A stretch of DNA of 64,000 nt from Felis catus (Eukaryota), in NCBI RefSeq assembly GCF_018350175.1, contig NC_058380.1, positions 91,636,001 to 91,700,000 of the forward strand. Reading direction: 5' to 3'. The notes under the pieces are model-generated. The model saw only the letters and a list, made by a program, of their open reading frames with translations. It was not told where the DNA came from and ran no database searches. The translations under genes were made by a program, and so were the position numbers. This document shows, in pieces, positions 14,301 to 27,035 of this stretch (positions are counted from its first letter, which is position 1; each line of letters starts with the position of its first letter).

Positions 14301-17300
14301 AGCCTGGCCTGCAGCCCTCACCCACCCCACGGGTCATCTGGCGGTCATGCCGGCTCCTCCTGGCACCAAGTGTTTATTTCCGATGGGGGAGGAGTACGGG
14401 GACAGATGTGGCCTCAGGGGATGGAGCACAACAAGGCCTTGATGGGCCCTGGGAACCGTCCCTCTGGAGGGAAAGGAACCATCCAGTCTGGCAGCCACTG
14501 GTCCTGGAGCCTGGAAGTCACCCTCTGTCCACTGTCTTCCGCGGCCGCCCTCCCTAGGGGATGACCCTCCCCGACCTCCCACGCACCTCCCCCTCCGAGT
14601 GTGCGCCCCGGCCTCTGGCTAGTCCCCGCTGGAGGTCTGGGCCCTGCAGACCCCTGCCCTGTCTGGGGGCCGGCTGGGCTCCCACACGGGGCTGAGGGGG
14701 GCGTAGGACTGTGAGCAGCAGTCACGGAGGGCATCCTGGAAGAGATGGCAGTGGGTCCAGGAGACCCAGGTAGGGCCTGCTCCGTAGTAAAGAGACGGGA
14801 CACTGGGGGGCCGCCCAGGGTTAGAGAGGGACAGTCGGTGGCTCTGGAGGTGTGGGCCGGGGGTCACGGAGCCGCATCTAGAAGAACCAGAGTCTTCTGG
14901 GGCTGCAGAGACGGGGAGCTGCAGGGTAACCCCAGAAGAGCCGGGGTCACAGGGCCACAGGGTCAGAAGTCAAGGGAGGTCACGGAAGCCACGGCCTGGA
15001 ATGGGGCTTCCGGACTGGAAGGATACAGGCTGTGCCCACTCCCGGACAGAGGCTCGTCCTCTCCTGTGTCCCAACGCTGGTCACAGAGCCCAGCTGTCCC
15101 AGAGCCATCGGGACAGTTGTGCCTGGGACTTTGCCCAGCCGTGGGGGAGGGGCTCTCAGCCCCAGAAGAGGGGTCGGGATGGGTTGGGAGGTGAGCAGGA
15201 CTAGGGGGCCACACTGCCCAGGCTCGTCCCAGGACCTCACGCCCACGTGGGTTTGCGTGGCTGACGTTGGGGCCGGGGCCTTTGTCCGGTCCGGCCACAG
15301 CTGGCTCCTCGGCCCCGACGTCCCCTGGGCATCAGGCAGGGATGTGTTCGGCGGGGCCACTGACTGGTGGGGCTTCTGGCCGGGAGGATTCGGGAGGAGG
15401 CAGCGTGGGTGCCCCGAGTGTGGGGGGCAGCCATCCTGCCCCGGCCCGGCCAGACCCAGGGGAGTTTGCCAGCTGGTGAGCAGGTGGGCCAGCGGGCTTC
15501 TCCCTTGACTGGGCACAGGATGAATCGCCCCATGCTGGCTCGTCAGCAGGGTCTGCAAGGTGGCAGCCTCACAGGCCCCCACAGGCCAGGGCACGGGCGC
15601 CCTGTAAAGGGCTGCCCTCGCTCTGAACACCCAGAGTCCGGCCTGTGCAAAGCCCTTGAACTGCAGCCAGACTTGGGAAAGGACCGAGTAGGCGGGGCCC
15701 CGGGGAGGGTCTGCCCCAGACTCCCAGAAGGCCCCCGGGGCTGAGGTGGGTGGACGGCAGTGTTTCTGCAGCTGCGGGGTGGGCACTCTGACGGGGGCCA
15801 GCCACGGCCCCTCACCCAGGCAGCCCCCCCACCCCAGCCTCTGACTCTCCCTGGCATCGTCAATGCTGCTGGGGAGGGGGCTCCAGGGCACGGGGGTGGG
15901 AGGGGGGCTCTGCCCATTCCCAGCCCCCTGTGCTTTAGGCCTGGTGGGCAGCACCCATGGGAAGGCAAGCGGGAAGCCATGACGTCCTTCTAGCACTTAC
16001 GAACTAAATGCAGAATGTGGCTTCGGGGTCGTGGCCTCCTGTGGGGGCCGCGGCAGCACTGTTGGGGGCTGGTGTCTCTCTGAGCCTCGGTGGAGGAGAG
16101 CCTCATCTCTGCCAAGACAGGGCTGCAGGGCTGTGGGGGGCTGTCCTTCCTTCCCTTCTCCCAGGCTCAGAACCCGGGCCGGTCTCCATCCTCTACCGAG
16201 GTGGGGGGTAGTATGTCCCTCCCTCACTGTGTCCCTCCCCGTCTCCGGACATAAACAGGTGTGCCAGGGGTCAGGCCTCTGAGCATCTGCAAAACCAGCG
16301 CCCGAGAGCAGGGGAAAAGGCCGCGTCCCCCCGTACCCATTCCTGTGCCCACGCTGCCCGCGCCCTGTCCCGGCCCCTCTCCACCCCTCCCTCCAGCTCA
16401 GCCACAGCCCTGAGTGGGCGTGAACTTGGCCATCTGCAGGTGGTTCCGGGGTGGGGCAGCTCCCTGCACTTGGAGCAGCACCCCCCCCGCCCCGCTCAGC
16501 CTGGGGGGGCGAGGCCGGGACAGCGGGGCCCAGGGAGACGTGGATGCCATTCACCAGGTGCCATGGACCTGGGGAGCCTCTTGGGAAGCGAGGCCTAAAG
16601 CAGGCCCCAGAGATGCAGGGGAAGGGGTGTGCGTGGAGGAGACAAGAGACCAGGCCGGCTGTGCCTGATCTGCCCCCGCCCCAGCCCCCGCCCCGAGTGG
16701 AGTCTGCTTCCAGGGACAGGCCCAGGCCTCCCACCAGCTTCCTGGGCCACCAGTCACAGGAGCAGCCTGTGCCCCTCACCCGGGGCCCTCTCCGGTTGGG
16801 ATGGAGCCAGGGGACCCCGCCGAAGTGCACGGATGCTCCCGGGACATCTGCTGTCCAGGGGCCCGGAGTGCCAGCAACTGACAGCGTGGAAAAAACCCAA
16901 CCTCCAGTTAATCCGCACAAGCCCAAGAAATAAAATAACTTCCTTCAAAACAAAATAGCTTTCTGCCAGAGCATTCCTGCCTGATGCAGGCCGCGCATCC
17001 CGTGGAGAGAGCTTTCAGAAGAAACACAAAAGAGACGGTGTGTTTCACAACAGGCGTGATCGAGCCTACACCTGCGTGTGTGTGTGCCTGTGTGTGCACC
17101 CCGTCCGAGCGTGTGCATGCATACAGCAGAGGTCGTGTTTCTGTGTCCCCCCCGCTCCACAACCTAGGAACCTTAGGCTCCTCACCAGAATAGGGAGGTG
17201 GACGGTCAGGCCCCCTTAGGGTCCTCGGGTCACGGTGCCCAGGCCCGTCCGTCCCCAGGCTGGTTGCACGGCCACCGAAACCAACGCCCTCCCTCCCCAA

Positions 17301-18050
17301 GCCCCACCTCTCGAGCCCACCCCCGTTTCCAGTCTGCCAGGAGGACATCAGAGGTGGTCTCCCGACGGCCACACAGGGAGGAGCCCCTGGGTGAACCCCT
17401 CGTCTCCCAGTAGACCACGGTAGCGGGTGACTCCGGACACGCTGACGTCTGGCCCTGGGGCAGGGCAAACGGAGCTTTAGCCACGGGCACCTTGGCTCTG
17501 AAAGCCTCCTGTGAGCCCGGCAGCGAAGCAGGAAGGGGTGAGGTCACTCTGGGGAGTTGGGGTGGGGGAGGCCCAGCCTGCAAGATCCCTGGTGAGGCTC
17601 TTCACACCCCCAGGGTCTGTACCTTCCTCCAGCTCCCAAGGACCAGTCAGCTCACATGCAGGTGGACCGGGGAGCCTGGCCTGCCAGCATGGAGTTACCC
17701 CTCCATGCCGGGGCCTGGAGCCCCTTCAGCCCCTCTGTCTGGCCCCGATCAGGGCCTTGGGGGGGTGGCGCAGCTCAGCGCTGGAGGCCTCGCCCAGCCC
17801 CCGTTCCTGGGAACTTGCCCCTTCCCGAGCACCCCCCACACAAGCCTCACCCCCTCTCTCTACCCAGCAGAGGGGTCTCAGGACACCCCGGGCAGCTCTC
17901 TCAGTCCTCCCCACACCCCAGGATGACCAAAGGGACTCCTCCCCAAGACCCCTTCCCCACCGTCCTCCTGCCACGTGTGGAGTGGGTGGCCTCTGGCCAC
18001 ATGCATGGTCCTCAGTCTGGGCATCGTCCTCCATAGGGTCCCTGTGTCCT

Positions 18051-18069
18051 GTGTGTGTGTGTGTGTGTG
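18051..18069 (+). repeat. (TG)n microsatellite
   Basis: Direct observation. Confidence 0.85.
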
Positions 18070-18559
18070 CATGGCAGTGGGGAGGCATGAGGTGACTCGG
18101 GAAATTGGCCACCAGGCCCAAGTTACCCACCATGTGGGGGTGGCTGGGAAAAGATGCTTCTCCAGGGCCCAGAGTGGGCATGGGGCCTCGGGGCTTAGAC
18201 AGACGGGTACAGGGCAGGGCTCCCGGGCAGGATAAAGATACCTGTCCCGGCCATCACAGGGTCCGGAGTGGGGGTCAGCCGCACGATGGGGCCAGCAACC
18301 CTACCAGGTCCCACAGCCACCCCGGCCTGGGCCAGTACTCTGGGACGAGCCCCGCCTGGTCTTCCCTCCATACGGCCCCCATCCCTGAGGCATCTGAGGA
18401 TGTCCTGTCCCTGTTACCCAGCTCCCAGGTCCTATCCTCAGTGATGCCCCTCCACCCTTGCCCTGCAGCTGGGTCTCTGCTCCTGGCCCTCCTCCACTCC
18501 CACGTCCCCAGCGTATAAGGTTGTTTCCTGAGGGAGGCATATGAAGGTCTCCCTCAGCA

Positions 18560-19290
18560 ACGGCAGATTTGTCTCTCTCTTTGCGGTCCTGTTTTTTGCT
18601 TTAGCTATTCTGAGGCCCTATTATTAGTCGCATACAAATTTAAACTTCTTAACGGTTCTTCATGGATTGATTCTACCATCGTTATGAAATGACCTAGCAT
18701 TTCTGTACCCTCATGTCTTAAATGTTTCTCTTCTAAAACAACATATGATAGATGTTTTTCAAAATCCTCCGATCAGCCCTTTCTTTTAAGAAGCGTATTC
18801 AGTTAACTTTACTTAATGTAACAGTATATTGGGGTTTCAATGCATCATCTTATTTTGTGCTTTTTATTTTTCCCACCTGCTCTCGCCTCCTTGACACTGT
18901 GGATTATTTTTCATCCATTCATCATTTCCTTTCTATCAATGTAGGGTAGTGTGTGTGTGTGTGGTGTGTGTGTGTGTGTGTAAGCACATGTATATTTTCT
19001 TCGTGGTTATGGCCAACATTATAGCGTCCAGCTTTACCTTGACAAAGTCACCTCTCCCTCCTTCCAAACACTGCCATTTTCGTCATGTTTTGGAATTCAT
19101 ACACTTAATCTCCAAAACATTATTGCTTTGTTTTACGTGGCCAAGATTGATTTTCGAATTCTCCACCTGCTTACTGCTTTCTCTGTTCTTTGTTCCCACT
19201 GGAGCTCAGGCCTCGTGTCTGGGGTCACTTTTTTCTCCCTGAATCACCTCCTTCAGGGTTTTCTCCATGGAGCACCTTTTGGCGACACAC
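18560..19290 (-). mobile_element. Old LINE-1 (L1M) fragment, antisense; contains (TG)n at about 18948-18981
   Basis: Abrupt T-rich block; TTTTGCTTTAGCTATTCTGAGGCCCTATTATTAG...CATACAAATTTA...TTATGAAATG resembles antisense L1M near the ORF2 start; boundaries approximate. Confidence 0.65.
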
Positions 19291-19329
19291 TCTCTGTCCC
19301 ATCAGAGCAATTCCAGGCTGGAGGCCTTA

Positions 19330-20540
19330 CCGGCAGTGGGACAGTGGAGGTCAAGAAGTAAACACAGCTGTCCCTTGACCTCACAGCGACTTGGGGCGGG
19401 GCGGCCCTCGGCCTGCAGAGACACAAGAGGCGACACACTGAGCGATTCCAAATCAATCTGGCCTCCTCCACAGAGGCGGGACTAGATCTGCGGTTGCCGG
19501 GGCTGAGGTTGCCGAGGACCAGTCGCAAATGGGCACCAGGGAGCTTCCCGGGATGATGGAATGTTCCGCATCTTGATTTGGGTTGTGTTGACACAGGTAC
19601 AATGTGTTGTCAAAGCGTACAATGGAGTCACGTCTATTTTAGTGTATGTCAAATAGAAGTTCATATTTTAGAAATGAAGACTAAGTCAGGACTTTTTCAG
19701 ACAAATGGAACCCCGGGGAATTCATCACTAACAGATCTGCAATGAAGAAATTCTAAGGGGTGCCCTTCAGCCGGAAGGAAAGTGCTCCTGTGGGAGCAAC
19801 CGTGGTCTAGGAGGGTTGAAGAGCAGAGAAAAGGCTGGGCGTGGGCAGCCCTGTGGACCGCCATCTTGGTCACCCTCAATACGTCTTGTGGGGAATGAAA
19901 TATGTTTAGAATTAAAACTCATGGCAAAAATAGAACAAAATCTCAGAGGGTATGAGTGGAACTAAAGTGTTGTAAATAATTCCACTGCCCAGAAGATGGT
20001 GAACGTGTTAATTTATATTCAACATGGGCAACTCAAGGACGAGCTCATAACCCCCCAGCTATCTCAAAAAGAAGAGTCAAAAGTTTGAGAAAGCGGGGTC
20101 TCCAAGAGAGATCTGAGCGCTCATGATCCTGGCAGTGTCGTTCACAACAGCCACGGCGCGGAAGCAGCCCACGGGTCCACTGACAGGTGAAAAGATAAAC
20201 AAAACAGGGTCCGGCCGACCACGGAATATTAGCCTCATAAAGGAGCCAAATCCCGGCACCTGCTACAACTGGGCGAACCCGGAGGGCACCGTGCTGAGTG
20301 ACGTCAGCCCGTCACAGGGGGACACGTCCTGGAGGAGCGGACGCTCACCGGAGGCCCTGGAGGAGTCGGAGCCACGGACACGGAGAGCGGGAGGGTGGGG
20401 CTGGGGGAGGGGAGGGTCCACGTGTAACGGGACAGAGTCCAGTCTGGGAAAATAGTCCTGGACACGGGTGGTGAAGGCCGTACAACCGTGTGAATGTGCC
20501 TGATGCCCCAGGAGTGAGTACTTGAAGAGGGTTTCAACAA
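19330..20540 (+). mobile_element. Mosaic of old LINE-1 fragments (L1MC/MD-like 3' end, ORF1-end segment, L1MB-like 3' end)
   Basis: GGGATGATGGAATGTTC...TCTTGATTTGGG; AATTCATCACTAACAGATCTGCAATGAAG; TTCACAACAGCCA...GCTACAACTGGGCGAACC...GTGCTGAGTGA motifs; boundaries approximate. Confidence 0.65.
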
Positions 20541-20545
20541 CAAAA

Positions 20546-20749
20546 GGGCGCCTGGGGGCCTCGGTCGGTCGAGCGTCCGACTTCGGCTGGGGTCACGATC
20601 TCACGGTTCGTGGGTTCGAGACCCGTGTTGGGCTCTGTGCTGACGGCTTGGAGCCTGGAGCCCACTTCCGATTCTGTGTCTCCCCCTCTCTCTGCCCCTC
20701 TTCCACTCGGTCTCTGTCTCAAAAGAAAAAAAATAAAACATGAAAAAAA
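20546..20749 (+). mobile_element. Can-SINE
   Basis: GGGCGCCTGGGG...GGTTCGAGACCCG...GAGCCTGGAGCC, CT tract and A tail. Confidence 0.9.
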
Positions 20750-23334
20750 CAACCCCGACAAAGTAATATTACAAGCTAATAAAGAGAGAAGATGATGTAA
20801 TAAAGAAATTATTTAGTCCAACAGGTGGGGCAAGAGCGCCTGACCTCAGATGAGGGGGGCCCAGCACACACTCCTGTGGTCCTGCAGGTGCCCTGGCCGC
20901 TCCCACCCCCGGGCCGGTCCCACGGGGGACCTGAGCCACGTCCGCTCCCTCCCAGAGCTCTGCGCCCATCCGTCCTGCCCCTGCTGCCCTGGCTCATCCC
21001 CACCACGCGTGCTGAAGCCCCCAGCAGGCTCAGATGCGGAACCGGGGCCCCAAAGGGTCCCTTGGCTTTGCTGGCCATCCCTCCCGGGGAGCTGCTGTCC
21101 CTGGAATGGGCCCCCCAGAGCCGGGGAGGACTCCCCTGCAACAGGCCAGTTTCTCTGGCCACCCAGACAACAGTCCTGTCCTCCCGTCCATCTTACTGCC
21201 CTCAGAGACCCCGGCCGCTGGGACGCAAACAGAGCGATGCTGGCCCATCAGTTCCTGGACACAGTGTCCCCTCAAACACCACAGCCATAGCTCAGGCTGG
21301 GCTCGAGGGTGTCCACCCCAGCCCAGACGCCCACCTTGAGGGGGGGAACACAATGCATGGCCCTCGCCCATGTCTGCCCTGCCTGTCACACGGCCCCTAG
21401 ACTCCTGACCTGCAGGAGGGGGCTTGGTGGAGAGAAATGGCCGACCGAGGCTTTCGGAGGGTTGGGACCCAAGCAGGGACAGGGTCTTGGAGGCGGCCTT
21501 CCAACCCCTTCCGGCCTCAAAAGTCTCAGGTGCCAGTGACAACAACGTGTAGCACCTGCCCCAGGGGTCCGAGGAGCCTGGGGACCCGGTGCCGCTGGAG
21601 TCTGTGTTCAGGGCTCGGCGGGACCCACCTGTGTCCTTGGCCCCAGGGTCTGAGCCCTTCACTTTATAGGGTTTCTGCTTGTCAGAGGTTCATGCGACAC
21701 TGAGCGATCCCAGGCACAGGCCGGGCGCTGTGCCTTCCAGAACATGGGGCGGGACGTCCGGCCAGAGAGTGCACCTGCTCTCGCCAGGCTCAGAGAGAAG
21801 CTGCAGGGGGCGTCCTGGGCAGCCAGCCAGGGGACAGCTGTCACAACACTCAGGCCGGCAGGCAGCGGTACTGACTCTGAGGAGCTACGTCAAGCCACCT
21901 GGGCCTGCTGGGAGCCACACCGCACCCCTCTCTAGAAGCGGCAGGGACCCCTGTCCTCAGATGACAGGGCTGGGAGGAGGGCCGGGGGGAGTCGGGGACA
22001 TCCTCCAGGGCTCTGAGTGAGTCCTGCCTGGCACTGAGGAATGGGGACCCTCCTCCCTCTGCCCTTGATAGGGACACCACGTCAGAAGACCCAGAGAAGT
22101 CGTGCACAGGGGTCCTGTGTAGCTCAAAGTCGTAAACTGCACTTCAGACTAGGAAACAAGGCACATCCGTCCTTTCCTGGAGGTGGAGACTAGGGTCACG
22201 TGCAGGGGTCTCCGTCCCTGGCTGCGCCCCACTTCTTCCTCTCCTCCCTCTCCCCCCTCTCCAGGCCGGGTCTGCCCAGCCTGCCCACCCAGCTTGGGCT
22301 CCTGCCAATGGGTGAGTGAGGGTGGGTGGGGCGCCTGCCTGGGAGGAGGGACACCGCTGGGAGGGGTGTGGCTGGAGAAGGGCCACGGGGCCTCTCAACC
22401 AGGGGCCAGACCCCAGATCCCTGGGGGACCTCCCTGGCTTTCACGTGTGCGGCTACCTTGGCCTCTGCCCTGGGTTTGTGCACGACAGCTCGCCACCATT
22501 TGTGGCCTGGAAGGCTCACCCGAGACACAGCCTCACGTTGGCAGGACCGGGGGAAGCCCCAGGGGGCCCATCGATATCATTGTAACCGCTGCGGGGCTTT
22601 GTGGGACCTCGGCCGGCAAGGCCAGGAGGAAGCAACGTCCCCGTCCCAACAATGCTGCAGGGCCAAGGCACGAAGGCTGGCCCAGGGCCATGCACGGTCC
22701 ACCCGCGTTTATTTCCTTCTGCTGACCCTGGATTGGGGGAGGAGCAGGCCCAGATTGGGGGCATCCACTCGGGCCAAAGAAACTCGAGCTGACACAGAGC
22801 AAGAGACCTCTCTAGATGTTGTTTTACCTGTGGTGGGGCCAGCTCCACTTTGGGCCCTGGGCTTGGCCCGCTGCCCCCCTGCTCGGAGCGCCGTGGGGGC
22901 CAAGATGGGGGGAGACTCGGGAGGGCTGGTCCTGTCTGGGGTCGGGCAGCTGTGAGCTGCCCTCGAGTGTGCACAAGCGTGCCGGAGTCCCGGGCTGTGG
23001 CTCTCCGTACCCGAAGGGTCCGTACACCCAGTGGAGGTCAGGCCTAGGGAAGTCGTCCCCACGTGCCCACCGGCAGGAAGCCAATCCCCTCGGTGCCCCC
23101 CCCCCCGCCCCCAAGGCCGGGGCCTCTGTATCGAGATACGAGGAGACGAGGCCTGCTCGTGTTCTGGGGCCCCAGCTGCACCCCTCATGCAGCTGCAGGG
23201 CTGGGAGGGGGTGTGGGGGTGGAGGTGGGGTCTATGAACTTGCCCAGTGGGGGGCTGAGTGGGGAAGATGTAGGGGCCTTGTCCCGGGACCAACTTGTGC
23301 AATCCACGAGGGCCTGCCAAGCCACACGCACGTG

Positions 23335-23358
23335 CACACACACACACACACACACACA
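23335..23358 (+). repeat. (CA)n microsatellite
   Basis: Direct observation. Confidence 0.85.
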
Positions 23359-23493
23359 CCCCAAGAAGCCTGGAGGGCAAGGACAGGCCTGGTGGGCTGG
23401 GGTGGGTGAGTATGCTCAGAGGCCCCTACTTCGGGCTCCCCCTACCCACCCGAGGTCACAGTGGGTCGCACGCCTGGATCCCAACACGGGGCA

Positions 23494-23499
23494 TTTATT
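23494..23499 (-). terminator. LCN12: LCN12 polyadenylation signal
   Basis: AATAAA on the minus strand about 100 nt after the last-exon acceptor at 23601. Confidence 0.7.
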
Positions 23500-23596
23500 T
23501 CATGCCGAGAGCAGAAGAGGGCAGTGCGGGGCAGTGACACAGGCCTTGGCCGGGGAGGAGCTGCGTCCACCTTCAACGGCTGCTCGGATGGGGGGA

Positions 23597-26500
23597 CTAG
23601 TCTGATGGGGGAGACAGAGCCTCGGATGAAGGATGGGGGAGAGACTGGGGGCAGAGCTGGGAGGAGCAAGACGCACAAGAGAGAGCTGGCAGCTTCCGGG
23701 AGGGGAGAGGAATCGGGGCTGAGGGAGAAACGGGCTGGGGTGGGGGAGGCCGGCCAGGGACCAGGGGACGTGCCCTCCAGGGCGCCACCCTGCCCCCACC
23801 TGGGCCCCCAGACTCCCTGAAGACACACAAGGGGGCGCTCAAGCGCTCGTGCTTGTGAGCACGACGTCCAGTGTGCGTGCACCTCTGTGCACACGTGTGC
23901 GTGCGTGGGTGTCTAAGTGGTTACACGTGCACGTGTGTGTGGAGGTCCGTGCGTGTTCTATGCACACGTCTGCCAGTACGTGTTCACGTAGCCCCACACC
24001 TCTAAAGGGCCAGAGGTGGGAGGGGCGGGGGTGTGGCGAGAAATGTTCCCGGAAGGGGGAAGGGGTGGCCCAGGATGGAGGGGTGGGGGTGGGACAGGGA
24101 TCAAATATGGACCCCCCCCCTCCCCGCCCCACTCTGGGCTCAGGCTGAACCCTCTGGGGCCGCCAGGGCCCCATAGGTCGACCCTGAACACAGTCCACAC
24201 TCACCCGCCGGGCTCCCACAGGGCTTTTGAGGCCCATGGGCAGCTACCTACGCTGGGTCCGGGCTCCCGCCCCAGCCTGAGAGCCCGGGACCGGCCAAGT
24301 CCGGGAAGACGACGTTGTTATCTGAGAGGCCCTGAGCTCTGACCAGGTGGACGAACCTCTCCAGCACCCGGGTCCGTATCACCCACGTCCTGCCTGGGGC
24401 CCGATGAGCGCAGCACGGCCCTCAGCGACCGGAGCGAGTGGGGGGCGCCCTGCCCCTCCCCCGTCCCGCCGGCTCTACTTGCGGCCACCGGCCAGGCACT
24501 CACACAGCAGGCTGACCGTGAGGACGCTCTGACCGCCCGACCGTCTCCTGGACAGCATCAGAGCAAACACGCTGTAGTCAGTGTCGTGCACCTGGACCTC
24601 CTCGGGGTCTTTCCCGGGCGCTGAGGGGTGACAGCGCAGCGTCAGGGGCACGCCCACCAGCGCCTCCCCGCCTCTCCCCTGTCGCCCCCTCACCCGCTGT
24701 GTTGTCCACTGAGAAGCCCCCAGGCTGGGCCGCTGCGATCAGCACATAAGACCAGGTGATACAGCGGTGGCCCCTGTGAGAGCAGGGATGGACAGAGGAG
24801 GAAGGTTCCAGAAGCTGGCCGGACCGCTGGTTTCCTTCTGCCTTTCTCAGGGGCGGGCCCTGAAGTGGGCCCCTGAGAGAATACAGCTGTCTGTCTGGAG
24901 GAGACTTCTGTGTGAAGCCACGGGCACGGCCCAGCACACTGCTGTCCCCAGGGAGGCCTGTGTCCACTCCGTGGCCCTCGGGGCTGCCCTGTGTCCCTCC
25001 TGGAGGAGCAGCCAGGTGTGGGCCGGTGACCTTGAAGCCTCTGCCCAGCCCACCCGCGGACAGCTCCTCCTCAGCCTGGAACAGGACCTAAAACGTGCAC
25101 GCGTGTGCCATCGTGAGGGGTTTTCTAGGCCACGGTGGCCCCTCTGGGAATACGGAGTGGGCCTAGTGGGCACTGCCCGTCGCCCCCCCGGCCTCAGCCG
25201 TGGACTTCGCGGAGCTGGGCGGGGCGGGGAGGGGTGGGGGCTGCGGGCGGCTGTTGCTGTGTGGGGCCTGGTTCCCACCCCCCCCCCGCCCGGGCTCAGT
25301 CCTCGGGGAAACGGCCAGCAGTGCGGGGTCCTCTCCAGGTGCCTGCGCCTGTTTAAGCAGCAACCAGGTGCAGCCTGGCCTGCAGGCCGGGGAGAGGCTG
25401 CATCTGCACTGGGCTCTCTGTCCCCCACGGTCGCCCCAGTAATCAACCTCTGGCAGGAACCAGGCCAGTCAGATGCCCCCGAGAGTCTGAGCCGCTCCGG
25501 TGGGGGATTCTGGGGTGGCTGGTGGTGCAGGTGGCTTCAACGATGGTCGCCGGCGGGCGAGGGCAGGGGCCGAGTGGAGCCCCTCAGAGGCTCTCGGCTT
25601 CTAGCGTTAACCCTGGTCTACGTGACAACCCCCCCTCGTTTTGGGCTCCTCATTTATCTAACGTGGAGCCAAAGAGCCCTAGCCAGAGAGGTTTCTGGGC
25701 CCTCTGCCCCCCATAGCCAGGCAGGTGGGCAAGGAGGGGGCAGGGGCAGGACTGCAGGAGATCTGGGGAGGGGAAGGAAGCCCTCGTGGCATCGGTGTCC
25801 CCCGAAGGGCAGGCTGCGCCCCCCTCCACCTCATTTCAGGCAGCTGTCTATGAAGACACCCCACTTCTTCCCAGCCAGGGAGCAGGCACTTTACCCAGGC
25901 ACACCGACCGGACCACCTGTCGCCCTGGATGCAGCAACTGATCCAGGAGGAGCACCTGACTCCAGGAGGACCAGTCAGAGGCCGTTGCCAGGCCGACCAG
26001 GATGATCTCTTTTCTGGAACTGAAACCCTGAAAAGCACATCAGCCTAGGCTGATGTTTTATCCCTGTGAGGTGAGAACTTCCCTGAACAACAGAAGTCCA
26101 GGGCAAGCAGAGCTGGGAGAGAGAGAGAGGGAGGAGGTAACGGGGACTGATCACACTGTTTGAGCTCCTGGATCCAGCTGTACCTGAAATCCATCAGCGC
26201 CCAAGGCCCTTCAGAGTCTGTGATCCGGTGAATGCCCCCCTCTCTTGTGTGTGTCCCCAGAGCTGGCTTAGGTCACTAGCAGCCTGTGCTGAACTTTTGG
26301 AAGAGGGTCTTGGGAGAACATGGCACGGGGGCCCATGCTGGACCTGAGTCATGAAGCCGTGGCTTCTGGAGGTACAGGTCAGGGATCCTCACTCACCGGG
26401 TCATGGCATATGACACTTTAAGGCTGCCGTTTTCATTCTTCTCGAACGTCGCAGTGAACGGGCTCAGCAAGGAACTGTCTGTCTTCCTGTGGGTGCTGCC

Positions 26501-27035
26501 CGCCAGGCCGACAACAAACCATTCCCCCTGGAACTGTGGGGACCCGGAGTCGGCAGAGCCCAGGGCAGCCCTGACACCCTCGCCAGGCAGCCTGTGCCTG
26601 CGCCAAGCCGGGGGCTGCCCTGGGTCTGGCAGGGACAGAGTGACCTGGCCCAGTGGCTGGTCTTGTCCAGCCTGTTTCCCCATCTGTGCAGAGGGACTGA
26701 GACGTCCCCACCTCACGGGGACTGGCAGGGGCTACAGGAGGGAGCGGCTGCCCAGAAGGTCTGTTCGGGGCCCTTTTCTGCTGGATGTCAGGAATCTCTG
26801 GAGAGGACACGGAGACCAGGCTGGCCACGCTGGGTTCCCCGGGTGGTGCCTTCCCCGGCCACCATGGCCCTCCTTTCTCCCTGCACTTGGACCCTGGCTT
26901 TCTCCCCCTCCAACCCGGCCCCCAGACCTGGTCTTCCTGGAAACTCTGTAAGACGGAGATCATGCCTGGCTGGGTGTTTGAGGTCTGGCCTTTAAGCAGG
27001 ATGAACATCACCCACAGGGCAGGCGAAGGCCCCAT
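23597..27035 (-). CDS. LCN12: Epididymal lipocalin-12, about 182 aa, C-terminus truncated or uncertain
   Basis: Exons 27035-26928, 26533-26397, 24773-24694, 24620-24504, 24393-24292, 23601-23597. Protein MGPSPALWVMFILLK...QSFQEDQFQGEWFVVGLAG...CITWSYVLIAAAQPG...DTDYSVFALMLSRR...QGLSDNNVVFPDLAD*. The exon 5 donor is weak (G|gtcccg); read-through would instead stop at 24248. Confidence 0.85.
25990..26300 (+). mobile_element. MLT1 (MaLR) LTR fragment in LCN12 intron 2
   Basis: GTTTGAGCTCCTGGATCCAGCTGTACCTGAA is characteristic of old MLT1 LTRs; boundaries approximate. Confidence 0.6.
26665..26730 (+). mobile_element. MIR fragment
   Basis: CCTGTTTCCCCATCTGT...CACCTCACGGGG resembles the MIR core. 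Confidence 0.5.

Noticed and set aside
21430-21935. Lipocalin-like words (WGRCYTLLSLA on minus; LRPAG...TDSEE on plus) suggesting a hidden lipocalin pseudogene
   Set aside because: On opposite strands, with no matching splice sites or exon sizes; likely chance
24767-26005. 412-aa plus-strand ORF in LCN12 intron 2
   Set aside because: Non-ATG start, no domain, GC-driven scarcity of stop codons
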